Assembly (NCBI GenBank): GCA_030265395.1
Contig: JARFYF010000112.1
Coordinates: 66,156,765-66,220,738, forward strand
DNA from: Rhina ancylostomus
Taxonomy: Eukaryota
Length of the DNA stretch: 63,974 bases
Direction: 5' to 3'
The notes beneath the pieces are model-generated. The model was not told the DNA's origin and made no database searches. It saw nothing but the letters and a program-made list of their open reading frames with translations. Of this stretch, positions 1-13,149 are shown one piece after another; within the stretch, counting starts at the first letter, position 1; each line of letters begins with the position of its first letter. The position numbers were made by a program, and so were the translations under genes.

Positions 1-40
1 TGGAGAACGTACAAACTCCTTACAGACAGCGTTGGGAATT
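1..40 (-). mobile_element. V-SINE-like fragment (truncated by window edge)
   Basis: GAGAACGTACAAACTCCTTACAGACAGC matches the SINE copy at ~12335-12360 and is the reverse complement of the post-tRNA-head segment of V-SINE/HE1-type SINEs. Confidence 0.7.
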
Positions 41-1299
41 CTTTAGATTCTAGGTGAAAGAACAAAGAGGACAGTCAAATGTGCTCCAAACTAGATGGCC
101 ATAATCTCATACAGATATGTGCCTCGTTCTAAACTTGAAGAGGATTTGATTGCAAAGCCATAGGGTGTTCTGATACAGATCAGTCTGCAGCAGCCTTTCC
201 AAAATAGGTGAATACCCAATAGCTCCCTGACAGGATCAATGATAATTTGATATTGGTGATTATGCCTCTCCATGAGGCTTTCCAGCCATTGAAATTGGGC
301 ACGAGTGTCTTTATAGGATTGTAGGATTTTCATCTTGCCTTCGTGTTTTGGAGGTTGAGGAGAATGTTCTTCTGGTCACTGTGCAATGGAATTGTAGTGT
401 TTGCATTGTTCATGTTTGAGGAAGGCTCTGATATGTGAAGGCTGGTTATGTGCTAGGATAAAAATACAATTTACAATGATATTTGAATGTCCTGGTTGCG
501 TAGGTGTTGTAGATCAAGAAAAAAAGTACACCTTCTAGTAAAATAACACTGGTGTTCAGCTGCAGATAAATCAAAGATATTTCTGTGGTTTGGCGGATCC
601 AAGGACTGGAGCTGCTTAAGGCTTGCACCTGAAGAACGGCCGCTTGGGTCGAGCATTGAAGTGCTTAACCTGTGCAATCACATTCCAACTCGCAGTGACC
701 AATGTCATGTTGGATTGAGTAGTTTGTTCTTTTTAATATAATGTATGCCACAAATAATTTGACTTCCTTTTAAGTTCAGATCTACCATTCTAATTCTTGC
801 TGTTCGTAAAATATTGAGGTGCTGTGTATCTATTCTTTCCATTCCAGCAAGTATCTTTACCACATCAGTTTATCATGGAGTGCTTTCATTACTGCGATAT
901 GTACAGTGTTTTGATGTGTTACAGATGAAATTTACTTTCTGCCTGTACTTGTTTGAAGTTTACAAAGATTCGTGCTAATCATAGTATTGCTTGTGTAGCA
1001 GATCTTCTGACTAAAATCAATGTGATCCTGCCATTGCAACACCATTTGGAGCATTTCATTTAGAAGGTGATTTGTTTCAGAGTAAATTTTTGGTAACCTC
1101 ATCTAGGTTGAACAGATCTGACAACACAACTGGGGTCAAGAGAGGTATTGGCTGAGATGAAGTTGAATCTGTTTAAATGATTGGCAGTGTAAAGATAAGG
1201 AATTGTTTTTTAAAGTGAAGAATAAATTCTTGAGGGACTCAAGAATTAATGGTGTGGGTGCATGAAGGCTATTGCAGTGATTTTCTCACTTTGGATGGG

Positions 1300-1590
1300 T
1301 GGCACGGGTTTGGGCTACTACCTTGCAGCTCCAGTGATCTGGGTTCAGTCCTGACCTCTGGTACTGTCTGTGTGGTGTTTGCATATTTCTCCAGTGCTCC
1401 CATTTCCTCCCATATCCCAAAAATGTGCTGATTGGAAGGTTAATTTGCAACTGTAAATTATCCCAAGTGTAGTTGGAAGGAGAATCAGAATGAGAGAGAA
1501 TAAGTCACAGGGAAAATGAGCTTGGAAATGGAATTACTTCAGAAGCCAGGATTGGCTTGATGTGCTGTCATAAGGAGTTATTTTCAAAAA
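1300..1590 (+). mobile_element. Degenerate V-SINE (HE1-like)
   Basis: tRNA-like head (GGCACGG...CTGGGTTCAGTCC), then CTGTCTGTGTGGTGTTTGCA...TTTCCTCCCATATCCCAAA and GGTTAATTTGCAACTGTAAATT, resembling the V-domain. Confidence 0.7.
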
Positions 1591-1649
1591 ATTAGAACTT
1601 GGAGAGGGCAGTTCTATTCACTCGGGCAGTGGAAAAGAGATGTTGGTGG

Positions 1650-2760
1650 AGGGTGGTGTGACAAGCCATGTCAAAGGTTGAGGGACCTTTGAGGACAAAG
1701 GTTGAGGAGTGGTTGAGGGACCTGATAGAACAATGTGGTCACAAACATGGGGAATGTCATTTGTGATTATTTTTTCTTCAAATGTGGGTCATGTTCATGA
1801 TGGTGCAGTGTAGAGGCTGAAACATCAGGTTGCAGGAAAGTTGGGTTTGGATTGGGAGACCTCAATATATTCAAGAACTGCGATGAAGAAAGTTGAGGGG
1901 AAGAGGCGATCTGCAATGCCAGATGAGTCAAATGTTTTGTTTTGAGGAAGTAGTGATAATAATGGATTTGAAAGGAGGTAGAACCTTGGATTGGGGGGGG
2001 GGGAGGGAATTAGTGATGGTAGACATTGGACATGGTGCAGGAAGCTAAATTGGGTGGTTAGTAAGAATGAGGGTGCTGGTGGGCCTCTGAGATGGAGTTT
2101 ATGAAGAGTATGAGGAAGGTTGTGAGAGAATCCCAAGGAACAGGATGGGTTTTAGGGCTGGAACATGAGATAACCTGAAGGAAGCGTGGCTTGGTGATTG
2201 AGGAGATCTGGCAGAGACAGTGGAGTTATGACAGTGAAATCATCTGTTCCTTGTAGTTATTGTAGATGGATGGAGCAGGGAGTAAGATTTAAACTCCTGG
2301 TAGTGGAGCAAAGAAGTCTGCATTATCATGCAGTCCAAGATGATCTTTGGGCACGGCCGAACGAAGTTACTGGGGAGGATAGGTGACGTAATTCAGTAGT
2401 AGTAGAGGAAAGTGGGAGGGGATATGTGGTGAGGGGTGTCTAGAAGTGATCAGAGATGGCCTCATTGGAATTGACAATTGGAATGAAAAGGCTTTGTGCA
2501 GTTGCATGGCAGTTGTGAATAAAAATTCCCATTTGGTGGGGCAAGTTAAAGGGTGAAAGGAGAATTGAAGTTAGACAAGAGGCATTATGGTGAGTTGATG
2601 TTTGGAATAACAAATGATGAGAGGTGACTCACTGTAGAAGGACAGGAATGAATATCTGAGTAACAGCTCAGGTAAGCAGCAGACAGTGAGGACTTTAAAA
2701 GGCAATTGAGAGGGGTGACCAAGGGGCAATGCTCAAAGGAGATGAAGCTGTTAGATCAAA
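1650..2760 (-). mobile_element. Highly degenerate LINE ORF2 fragment (L2/CR1-like)
   Basis: Minus-strand AISDH (APE-endonuclease end motif, ~2446-2460) and the purine-rich + strand typical of an antisense L2. No intact ORF; boundaries are approximate. Confidence 0.4.
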
Positions 2761-2874
2761 ATGAGGTTTGGCATTTGGTAATTAGTGTCAGCCTATATCA
2801 CCTTGCTGGTTTTTGCAAAGCAAGTAATGCTTGCTGTAGTCGAGTGGGAGAGCTTTGAGGGGAAAAAATATTGT

Positions 2875-3040
2875 CATCTGTAAGCCAATTCTTGAGGCAG
2901 CATCTCCTATTGGATACTAATGGTGGGGAGGGATGTGCCTGTGATGTATTGGGAAGAGGTCACTACTCTCTGCAGCTTCTTGTATTCCTGTGCATTCAAA
3001 TTGCTGTACCGGACCACAGTGCAACCAGTCAGGACTTGGC
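2875..3040 (-). mobile_element. Rex1/Babar-type LINE 3' ORF fragment
   Basis: Translation LTGCTVVRYSNLNAQEYKKLQRVVTSSQYITGTSLPTI resembles the Rex/Babar C-terminal LTGCITAWYGN...KKLQRVV..AQ.ITG..LP. Confidence 0.75.
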
Positions 3041-4275
3041 CAAGGTCAAGAATGAAGACAAAGCAGTAAAAAGGAGAGGAATGGTAAAAGACTGAGAGAA
3101 ATTTGGTCAGAATCTGGGATGCAAAATACCTTGGTGGAGAAAAGTGGAAACATGTCTGGATGACAACACGAGGAGAGCCCAAGACGGGTACAGAGGAGAA
3201 ACAAACTTGAAATATTAGCTTGGGTCTGAGAAGCAGCCAACGTGAACATACAACTTAAGACTCCTGATTTGTCTCCTCCCCATTCTCCATTTATTTTCAA
3301 GTGAAAGAATCTAGTGACTGGAGTATGCACAAACCAGTGACCAAGTTTAGAGAAAGATGTGTTCAGGTTCAATATTTCTGGAGTACTTTCACATTTTATT
3401 GTAGAGCTATTTGGAAAAAAAAATTAAGCATAATTGCATTTAAAATTAAATGTGTTTCTGATGGTGAGCTTTTGTTAATTTCTGAATACTCTAATTTGTG
3501 CTATACTGTTATTCCTCAGGAGGCATAGTTCTTCACCAGATTGGCCATATCTCAATATAGAACATTGCTCAGCAAGTTCTTCATTGTTCTATTTAACCAC
3601 TTTGGTTCCTAAACCAGAATTAAGCTCTTCAATTTAGTGTTTTGAATGGAATGTTTACTTATAACTGGAAAATAGCCTTGCTCCTCTTGTATTGTTATTA
3701 TTAAGCCATGGGACAGTAGGTTGGCTTTTGTTTTTCCAACAGTTTTATTTGAGCCAAAGTATATATAAAAGTACATGGAGATTAAAAGAAAGAGGTATGC
3801 CACTAGTCTGCATTAGTGTTTGCTCTTAATGCAAACAAATGGCGGCCTTTTGATTATTTGGTATGGAAGAAAAACTATACTTGTCTTATGCCCTGAGAAA
3901 CACCTTGGGTCTGTTCACAGAAACATAACAGTTTCAAATGAAATAACAGAGCATTTGAGGAGTTGTGCTCTTTATCAGTGGAATAGATTTCTGATCTCTC
4001 AAGGATTGTAAACACAATTGGAGTCGGACTGAAAGTCTGCTATCAATCATGGTATTCGGTAGTGTATTGATTCAGAGTTTGCTTTTTTTTCCCCCTTCTT
4101 TGCTTAGTCTAAAGTACATTCACACACATTCTAAGTAATGATAATAAATTTGGATTGCATGCTCCATGTGCATTGATACATTATGGCTCCTTTTATGAAG
4201 GTGCTTGCAATAGAATTAATGTGAATCAGTGGTGAAACAGCCAGGTTGGCTTTGATTTATCAGTGTTGTAGCTGG

Positions 4276-4360
4276 GGTTTCCTGGAGAAGGATGACCTGA
4301 ATGCTGGTGTGCAGTCAGGTTTCCTGGAGAAGGATGACCTGAATGCTGGTGTGCAGTCAG
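4276..4360. repeat. Perfect 42-bp tandem duplication
   Basis: GGTTTCCTGGAGAAGGATGACCTGAATGCTGGTGTGCAGTCA occurs at 4276 and again at 4318. Confidence 0.95.
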
Positions 4361-4449
4361 CAATGAGCTAGCGAGTTGAAATAAGAAATGGTGGAATGAG
4401 GATGTATGGAGTTAGAGACCCTGGATCCCAGTAGACACATTGATGGGAA

Positions 4450-5330
4450 TTGTAGCTTTTCATGGGCAGTAAGTGGATGGCTGTACGGTTTGTGTTGGGT
4501 GAATCTTCAAGAATGGACCCTGGATATTTTCTTGAGTTTTGATCAGTGGCTAAAGATAAGTCATTCTGGTTGTTGTTTGTTGTATGTATTTCAGTCACAT
4601 ATGTGAATCATGGAGTTTGGGGATGATGTCACCACTGTTGACTCTGCTTCTTCAGGATGGCAGACAGAGGCCCATCTTTGTGCACTGAATAGTGAGTATT
4701 ATACAGTGCATATTATACTGGTATGCTTACTGTTGGGGGTTATCTTCCACAGTTGTTAGTCTGCAAGTAATGGTCCTGCTTCTGTGTTTGGTCTCTGATT
4801 TCCTAGAATATTATCCGGAGCAATTGGATGTAGAGCTATGACAAAAGTATGCATGGAAAGATGCTCTCCTTCTACCAGATATCTGCATTCAATGGATGTC
4901 ATCTTTTGGAGATTTTGTGAAGTGTGCATACTGGTATAGGTGGCAATAATGGTAATCTGACTCCATACATTCTCCCATAGGTGAATGACCTAGGTCTCTT
5001 TTTCTCAGGGCTTTCTGTCTGATCCTTACAGGAGTATGGTATTCAAGAGTATTTGCAAAGCTTGTTGAAAAGTTGTGGAAAAACTTCCAACTTCTTCCAA
5101 AGGTGAAGCCTCTGGATAATTGGTGTTCTATCAGTATTGCTTTATTTAGAGCTACTAGTCATGAGGTGGAAATTTTTGAACTGACAGATCATAATCTGGC
5201 TGTTTTCAGAACCTAGCCTAATATGGTGATCTTTTTTTCAGTGTAATGCTGGTAATTAACCTGAGGTGAATTCTTTTGGAAACTCTGCTAGATTAGATTG
5301 GGAAGAGGGTCGTTCTTTTAACGAGAGGCT
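4450..5330 (-). mobile_element. Very old RTE-like LINE remnant
   Basis: Frameshifted traces such as SLFSAQRW (~LLYGAETW) and an EI..R...L..W-like segment, in RTE RT order. The signal is weak. Confidence 0.3.
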
Positions 5331-5377
5331 GAAGGAAGTATGGACTCCCATGTTTAATTGACTGCAGTGCCAATAGA

Positions 5378-5897
5378 GTAACACAAAGGTATTGGAGGAA
5401 CTCAGCAGGTCAGACAGCATCTATGGAGGGAAATGGACAGTCGACATTCTGAGTCGAGACCCTTCATCTGGACTGGAAAGAAAAGGGGAGATAGCCAGTA
5501 TAAAAAGGTGGAAGGAAAGGGTGGAGCAAGAGTTGGCAAATGATGGGTGGATCCAGGTGACGGGGGTGATGGGCAGATGAGGGAGTGGGGAGAGTGGGAA
5601 TGATATCAGATGCTGGGAGTGACGAAGGGCTGAGGATGATGACATCTGATAGGAAAGGACAATGAATCATGGAATAGAAGGAGGGAGGGTGGGGAGAGGA
5701 ATCGGTGGGAGGAATGTGTGGGTGCTGGGGCTAGGAGGATGGGGGAGGGGAAGGGCATGGTGATNNNNNNNNNNNNNNNNNNNNNNNNNNNNNNNNNNNN
5801 NNNNNNNNNAGAGGGAGCCCATTTCCCAGAACTTTGAGAATTTGACATTCATGTCACCAGGTGGAGATTGAGCAGGCGGAGTATGAGGTGCTGTTCC
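5378..5897 (-). mobile_element. Penelope-like element 3' end (GIY-YIG C-terminus plus terminal repeat)
   Basis: Minus strand near 5830-5897 gives EQHLILRL, then MNVKFSKF in another frame (cf. PLE endonuclease end EEQHLIFRLG.LQP.GMNIEFSNF). A pyrimidine-rich 3' region follows, then a terminal unit with CCAGATGAAGGGTCTCGACTCAGAATGTCGAC. Confidence 0.75.
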
Positions 5898-8800
5898 TTT
5901 CAGAGTGCTCCTGTCTTTCTACTAGTTTAGTCTGAGGATTGGGATGTGAATCCTCAGACCAAACTAGTGAGTGGGATATGAAGGTGGATGTAGGTTCCAT
6001 CTTGAGCTTTGGGTTTGCTGGGGTTTACAGGCCATGCCTAACACTCTTAGATGTATTCAAGGGGTAGATTTAAGTCATTCCCTTTTTACTCTGGCTTTTT
6101 TTTTGAGAAATGCCTGTTGTCCCTTGTCTGCTCAATACTGTATTGTTTTTGTACAAAAAGTATGGAGCTGGCATGAGTGAAATTGCTCACATCTATTAGC
6201 ATGGGTTGTACAAAATGCTACCCCTTCACCTGTTGCTGAAGCTTGATCACAAAAAACACTCAATTCAACGCTGTTGAATTCTGTCGCCTTAGAGTGTACT
6301 CTGCTTTTCAAATTTGGAGACCAAGTAAATCCAGCTAAAACTTGCAGGTAATAGTTAATCCATTAGTTTCTTAGATGTCATTTGTTTGGTGCATGATCAT
6401 TGTCTTGTTTCTATCAGACCTGCAGCCTGTTACTGAAAGAAAGAGCTACTGAAGATAGTTGGCCATAGCAACAACTAGCACGGGTGAAACCTGCTTGATA
6501 TTACTAAGTTACATTCCAGTGTAATGTTGTTGATTAAACCTTGTAAATGTGATAGATCTCTATAATAAACATTGGCATTAATTGGAAGGAATTTCTGGGC
6601 ATTCATCTGAAATAATGTCAGTGGCTTCCGTCATTNNNNNNNNNNNNNNNNNNNNNNNNNNNNNNNNNNNNNNNTGTACTATAAAACAGCAGCACAGCTG
6701 AGACACACGTCTAGTGACTGATCACTGGTGGAATTGCCCTGCCACTGAGGAAAAATGTGGTGGTATTCCGAAAAGTAGATTTGCTGTGAAGTCTTAATAC
6801 CTGTAAGAGAATGACTCTTACTAATGGTACTTGTTGGACGTGAACTGTAAAGTTCAGCAGATTAAGTGTACTCTGTCCTTGTTATCCACTGTGTTACTGT
6901 CAGAGCACCTGCATACTCGTGAGGTGAGCCCCAGACTCCATTTCAATTATTTTTCTGGAGACTCGAGAAGTGGCAATGCCTACTTGTATTCACAGTGTTG
7001 CCAGAGGGTGGGTTGGACCTGGGGTTGGAGTGCTTGGTATTTCAGCTTGCTTTGTTGTCCATGGGGAGACCATGCTCCATCCCTCAAGATAATGAGGGTG
7101 TAGAGTAATGCAGTAAGGAGAAGGTTTGTGATGTTTACAACAGGAAGTTAAAGGGCCACCTTCACCTTGTTAATGGAGACAGCATAACAAATTGTTACCA
7201 GTGCTTGACAGCTATTTCTGTTCTGAATCCACAACTAAAATAATATCACTGGGGTATTATAAACAAGGCACTGTGATTTTAGCATCAGTGCACATCAAAT
7301 AATTTCATTCTGTCCCCATCCTGATTGCTGTCCTCTCTGCCTACTGTGACCCAATCTGGTCCTGGACGATGCATTTTCTAGTGCGTACAGGGAAGTAATA
7401 TAATCACTGGTTCAAAATAGTCTTGGTTTCTACTGAGGTCTGCATTGGCAGGCCCGTAACTGTAGCATTCATGGAATCCCATGTAACAACCATTTAATAG
7501 AACACTATAACTTCTAAGCCTATATTTCTTTAGTCTTTCCTAACTAAGGTGTCTCGTGCTATCATGCAGGACAGAAGTAGGGCATGTGGTTCATTGAGCC
7601 TCTGGTAGTTGGAGAAAGACTTGTCTAATTAATCTTATTGCTTGCCTCATGCTTCATAACCCAGCAACAGATGTATCATCTTATTAGAATTATCCAGAAT
7701 CCTTTCTCAAACCTTGACTTTTCCTAGAGTAAGGCACCCAAAACTAGACACATCCAACCTGTAATTTCCGTGGTTTTATTATTATCTCCTCCTGTTGTAC
7801 TTTGTAGCTCTAGTTATTAAATCTTGAATTTTGCCCTCTATTACAGCTTTTTGTGAGAATGTGTTTATGATAAGATGCTAGCATTTGTCAACTTAGTTAA
7901 GAAGACTTTATTTTGAAATGCTTCTCTCCAAATACTTGAAATGTGGCCTAATTGCACAGTTCTTTTGATTAATGGTGTGTTGGAAATAGTACTGTAAATA
8001 GTAAATATCTTTGTTCTCTCTGACATACAGATGTTTTTCTATCAAGTGTATCTCTTCAACAGCAGTATAAAATAACACCAAACTCTGGAGCTGGGTGAAA
8101 TCTGAAACCAATATAGTTACTTCAATACTTAACAGAGCACAGAAAAACCCTAATTTTTCAGCTGCTCACTTGCTGTCGTGTCTGGGCTTGTACATGAAGA
8201 ATGGTCAGTTGCAGAATGCTGACGTCAGTCCAACCTCAGCTCCCCAATAATTGAGGCATTCAGGAGAGGAGGGGGAAAAAGACTGTTGTAACTGTAGGAC
8301 TTTTCAGTTGGATTATACTGTCTGAATTACATGATGAAAGACTTTAACATTTATCTAAACTAGCTTTGTTCTATTGAAAATCAAAAAACGGCAGATGCTT
8401 TGTTCTATGTTGAATAAGATCAATTATTTTATGCATCTGTGTTCAATTCTTTTTGTCTGCAATGACTTGAATTGTGTTGTTACCCTGTCCATTATAAATT
8501 CCTCAGTTGCCTATGTGAATTTCCCATGTTAGTATTCTATTCTACCAGTGTTGTGGTGCCTCACATTTGCGTTCTTTTTTCCCCCATCGTTGACCTGATC
8601 TGCAGGAAAATTCCTAAGCACTGAATGAATGGGGATGTAGCTAAGTGCACATTTCAATAATATTGCTGCCTTGTCACTTAGTATATAGTTTTACTTCCTC
8701 TAACGTCAGCTTCAAATATTGCTGTTTATTAATTAACCTTCATTTGCTGTCTAGCATTCTGGTAATGGACATTTATGAACTTGATTTTTATTTCCTTGTA

Positions 8801-10544
8801 TCGTGAGAAAGGAAGAATCACCTAGCCACTGAACGAAGAAAATGTTTGTCTGAGTAAGTTGGGAATTTCCCTCTCCCTTCAATACAGGAATGACAGCCAG
8901 TTTAGTCTAGAAAACTTATCGGAAGCGACCAATGGATAAGTTCAATCAGATGTCACCAATTTGTAGAAAATTGGCTTTGATGGAGCCAGTCATCTACTTG
9001 ATGTGCTGGGGTATTAACTAATTTCTGAAATACTGTGGTTCAATTGTACTTTGTATTGACCTTTTTTGCCATTGCAGTTAACTTGGAACAGCTGCATTGT
9101 GTGTTCTTAGAATTTTCTGCTGTTGCTGGGAATGCAGTAGATCTTCAAACACGGGAAAGGTGGAGGTTTGGATTATTTCTTTGGACCTTACTACTAAGTT
9201 TCAAAGAATGACCTTGTCATATCATGATTGTTTGAAATTTCCCTCTTGTACCCCATAGTTTTCCAAGTGGTTTTGTTGTATATGGAATCATACTGACAAA
9301 TGGTGATGACTGAGTAGTTCTCTGGCTCTACATTGCATATGGAATGTATGGAAAGGAGGAATTTGAAAACTTGAAAAAATTTTATTTGAACTTAATTGTT
9401 GCAGATAAAAAAGCAATTTCTGTAATAAAGCTATCAATTATAGCTGCAGTGTGTATCTCATTGTCATGGGTGTTCATCCCAATATAAATATGTGGATATG
9501 TGGTGAGTCGTCTTGGATCTGGTTTTAAGTTGTATAAAACTGCAAATGTTGTGCTTATAAAAAGGAGTTGGGGTTAACAATCTGTGGCACAAAGATTATT
9601 TGATATTAAGCATGCATATCGGAAGTAGGTTTTAAGGTTGCACTTGTGAAAACATGGCTATTTTGTTTAACTGCTGTTGTATCAAAATTCTCTGGAATAG
9701 GTTAGTTTAATTGTGCAATATGGTTCTTGTCCAATGCACTAATCGGGGCTTGGGCTTGAGATTTTGTATGAAGTTTGATTGGGATGCATAGATCTGAATG
9801 TGTTTGTGATTTGAAAGATCATCTATGATACTTGGTCTTGTTGCCACTATTGAATTTGGATCTTCTGATTAAATAGCAACCTTTCCATGAACAGTGCCAA
9901 AGCTGTCTGAAACCTGGTTTCAGATGGTTTGAGTATTTGCAACTACCCTTGCAACTAGATAGATGTTTAAAAATCTCCTAAGCATGATATATAATTTCTG
10001 GTCATCCAAGGCAAAACTCCAAAAAGACACCCATTCTCAGAAAAAAAAGGTTTTTGGTACTGTTTACTGAATTACTATTCTCATTTGTGCTGTAGCTTCA
10101 GACTATTCTACTAAGGTCTAGTTAATCTGAAAGAAATGTTATAAGCCTCAAATTTGTCAGTCTCCTTGGACAGCACCATTGTGTGAATCTGGGACATAAA
10201 GGTTAATCCTGTTGACAGTTGGAGTGGGTGAGGTGAAGCGCGGGCTAGTGTGCAGTGATATGATGTAGATGGGATGAACGGACTGCTTTTACACCTGCAG
10301 ATCAGATGAACACAGTTGAGTGGGACTAACTTTCTGAAATATTGCTGCCGTGCTGCTCAATCTAGGTATTGACTCCATCATAGTCGATTTGAAAGGCAAT
10401 AAAATTTAGTTAGGAGGTAGCTCATTTCATAGGTTGAGTATAGTTGAAGTGTACCAATTACCATGTTCATGTTTGTGGTCTTCAGTGAGAAAACCTCTCT
10501 AGAACTCTGTACAAGTAGACTTGCATGTTGCTATACTTCCACAG

Positions 10545-10756
10545 AATCACAAAATGGTCACAGCATACAAGGAGGTAATTTGGCCCTGTACTGCCTCTAT
10601 ATAAGAGCAATCCAGCTCCTACCGCTCCTCAACTGTCTCCCCATAGCACTACAAATACTTTGTCAAATATTGATCTAGCTCTCTTTTGAATGCTACAGTG
10701 GTATTTGCCTCCTCGTCTTGGCACCATATTCCATGCCTCAAGTTCGAAATGCTCCC
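10545..10756 (-). mobile_element. CR1-type LINE 3' end fragment
   Basis: CACAGAATCACA-type tail, and translation TVAFKRELDQYL resembles the CR1 ORF2 C-terminus. It abuts an N gap. Confidence 0.65.
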
Positions 10757-12185
10757 NNNNNNNNNNNNNNNNNNNNNNNNNNNNNNNNNNNNNNNNNNNN
10801 NNNNNNNNNNNNNNNNNNNNNNNNNNNNNNNNNNNNNNNNNNNNNNNNNNNNNNNNNNNNNNNNNNNNNNNNNNNNNNNNNNNNNNNNNNNNNNNNNNNN
10901 NNNNNNNNNNNNNNNNNNNNNNNNNNNNNNNNNNNNNNNNNNNNNNNNNNNNNNNNNNNNNNNNNNNNNNNNNNNNNNNNNNNNNNNNNNNNNNNNNNNN
11001 NNNNNNNNNNNNNNNNNNNNNNNNNNNNNNNNNNNNNNNNNNNNNNNNNNNNNNNNNNNNNNNNNNNNNNNNNNNNNNNNNNNNNNNNNNNNNNNNNNNN
11101 NNNNNNNNNNNNNNNNNNNNNNNNNNNNNNNNNNNNNNNNNNNNNNNNNNNNNNNNNNNNNNNNCTTCAATGTAAGCAACTATAGCAGCCTTCCAGCTCC
11201 AGCTCTGCCCTACAAACAGCTGAGAGATAAATAATCAATCTTACCTCTGGTAAACCAACTCTGGAGTGATCCAGTTTGTAGATCAATTATAATATTCTGT
11301 AGAGTAGAGTTTCTTGAACTACAGAGCTTTCTTGGGTTTGAATATTATTGAAGATTGTGTGGTTAAATGATGATATGGGACTTGCATCGGATAGTTTAGA
11401 CAATATTTCTCAAACCTGTAAACTCCTACCACCTAGAACAAGGGAGCAACTGCATGGAAAAGCTATCACCTCAGTTATCCTCCAAGTTGCACCCTGTCCT
11501 GTCTTGTAAATATTTTTCTGTTCCTTCATTGTGACTGGGTCAGATCCTGAACTTCCCTACCTCTCAGCCATGACCAGCACCACCTGCTCGGGCAGTTGTA
11601 CATGGACAACAAATGCTGGTCTTGACAGCAACATCCATGTTGCATAAATGAATTTATCTTCTGACCTGTGTCCAAGTGTGTGACTGAGTTCAGATGATAC
11701 ATTGTTATCTGCATAATCAGCTGTGTGAAGATCATCCATAATTGTACCAAAATTTGTGAAGATTGCTTTCATCTCCTTGCAAGGAAAACAGTATTGTAAA
11801 TCAAACTAAGCTATTGGGTTAAGTTTTATCCTCCTATGGATCTTGTATCGCTGCTGATTTGCAGTAAAACTCCAATTTGAAGCCGTTTGGAAATCCTGAT
11901 GCTGATTCCCTCATTCCCTTTAAACCTCATCTGTAAAAGGTATTGTTCTATTTCGTAATATCTTGAAGTGAACTAAAAGTGCTGGGGTAATAATAGACAA
12001 ACATCCAGAAGTCCAGAAAATGCACTCATTCACCACAACTGGAGGTCCAAGCATGCTAGATTGAGTTTTACTGTATTTTGTGTACTCAGTTGGTGAATAA
12101 ATTGATTAATCTTTGGAAAATTAATGCTTGCATCGCAACTTGTGTGAAGCCCTCTCAAAAATGAGGGTAGAATTGTGTTCTATTG

Positions 12186-12422
12186 ATAAGATTTTTTATT
12201 AGTCACATGTACATCGTAACACACAGTGAAATGCATCTTTTGTGTAGTGTTCTGGGGACAGCCCGCAAGTGTTGCCATGCTTCCAGCGCCCGCATAGTAC
12301 GCCCATAACTTCCTAACCTGTACGTCCTTGCAGACAGGTACAAACTCCTTACAGACAGTGGCCGGAATTGAACCCGGGTCGCCGGCACTGTAAAGAGTTA
12401 TGCTAACTGCTACACTACCGTG
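12186..12422 (-). mobile_element. tRNA-derived V-SINE-type element
   Basis: Minus strand begins CACGGTAGTGTAGCAGTTAGC (A box)...GACCCGGGTTCAATTCC (B box), continues CTGTCTGTAAGGAGTTTGTAC and ends GTGACTAATAAA. Retained CpGs suggest a relatively young copy. Confidence 0.85.
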
Positions 12423-13149
12423 AGCAAAATAAATAATATCACAAATTGAGTGAGTGCTCCAGAGATTTCCAAAATGTTGGAATTTCACTCTGGCTACAGT
12501 CCTGAAATCTTCCTCCTATGCAGTAGCATTTCCAAGTTGTAGAAACATTTCCTTTCAGCCATTGGTCCAGATCTCCTTGCATGGCCTAGAGCCTTGGTTT
12601 GAGGAAGCTCCTCAATGTTTTGTTAATATTAAATGAGTTGTTGCTGAAACCACATTATCTGGCATAATGTGTGTGCATTTATGGAAACAGTTTTAAATTG
12701 TGGCTCAAATGATAGTCATAACACCTACTTTAGATATGAGTCCTTGATGAGTTTTTAGATTTTTAGAAATCATTGCTGGAGCCAATATGCCATTTGGTGT
12801 TGTTAAGGTGAGATGGACCTTGAATCAATATCCAATAAATGCTGCTTTGTGTGTTTTTAGAAATCATTATATATTGGAACTGATATTTCTGAGGGGAACT
12901 CACCCGCCCCTGCCCCCCCACTCCCCACAGCACCCCACCTCCCAAGCCCCGGCTTTTATATTGGGGATATGAGAGCAGTGTAAGCTCAAATTACTACTGA
13001 TGGTGCTAATGCTGAATTCTGCACACTGATAATGGTGGATGTTGGGACACTGCAGAAAACAGTAATGTTTCCCCTGTTGTGGGGAAGTGTCCACCCACTT
13101 GGGTTACTCTTTTTCCCATATAGGTTGTATTTAACTCTTTTTGTTTTAT

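Noticed and set aside
8808-8853. Exon-like segment ending TGA|gtaagt
   Set aside because: No convincing YAG acceptor and no coding similarity.
10649-11234. Long ORFs of 155-182 aa
   Set aside because: They are open only because they run through Ns.
12350-12422. tRNA-like sequence
   Set aside because: It is a SINE head continuous with SINE body and tail, not a tRNA gene.
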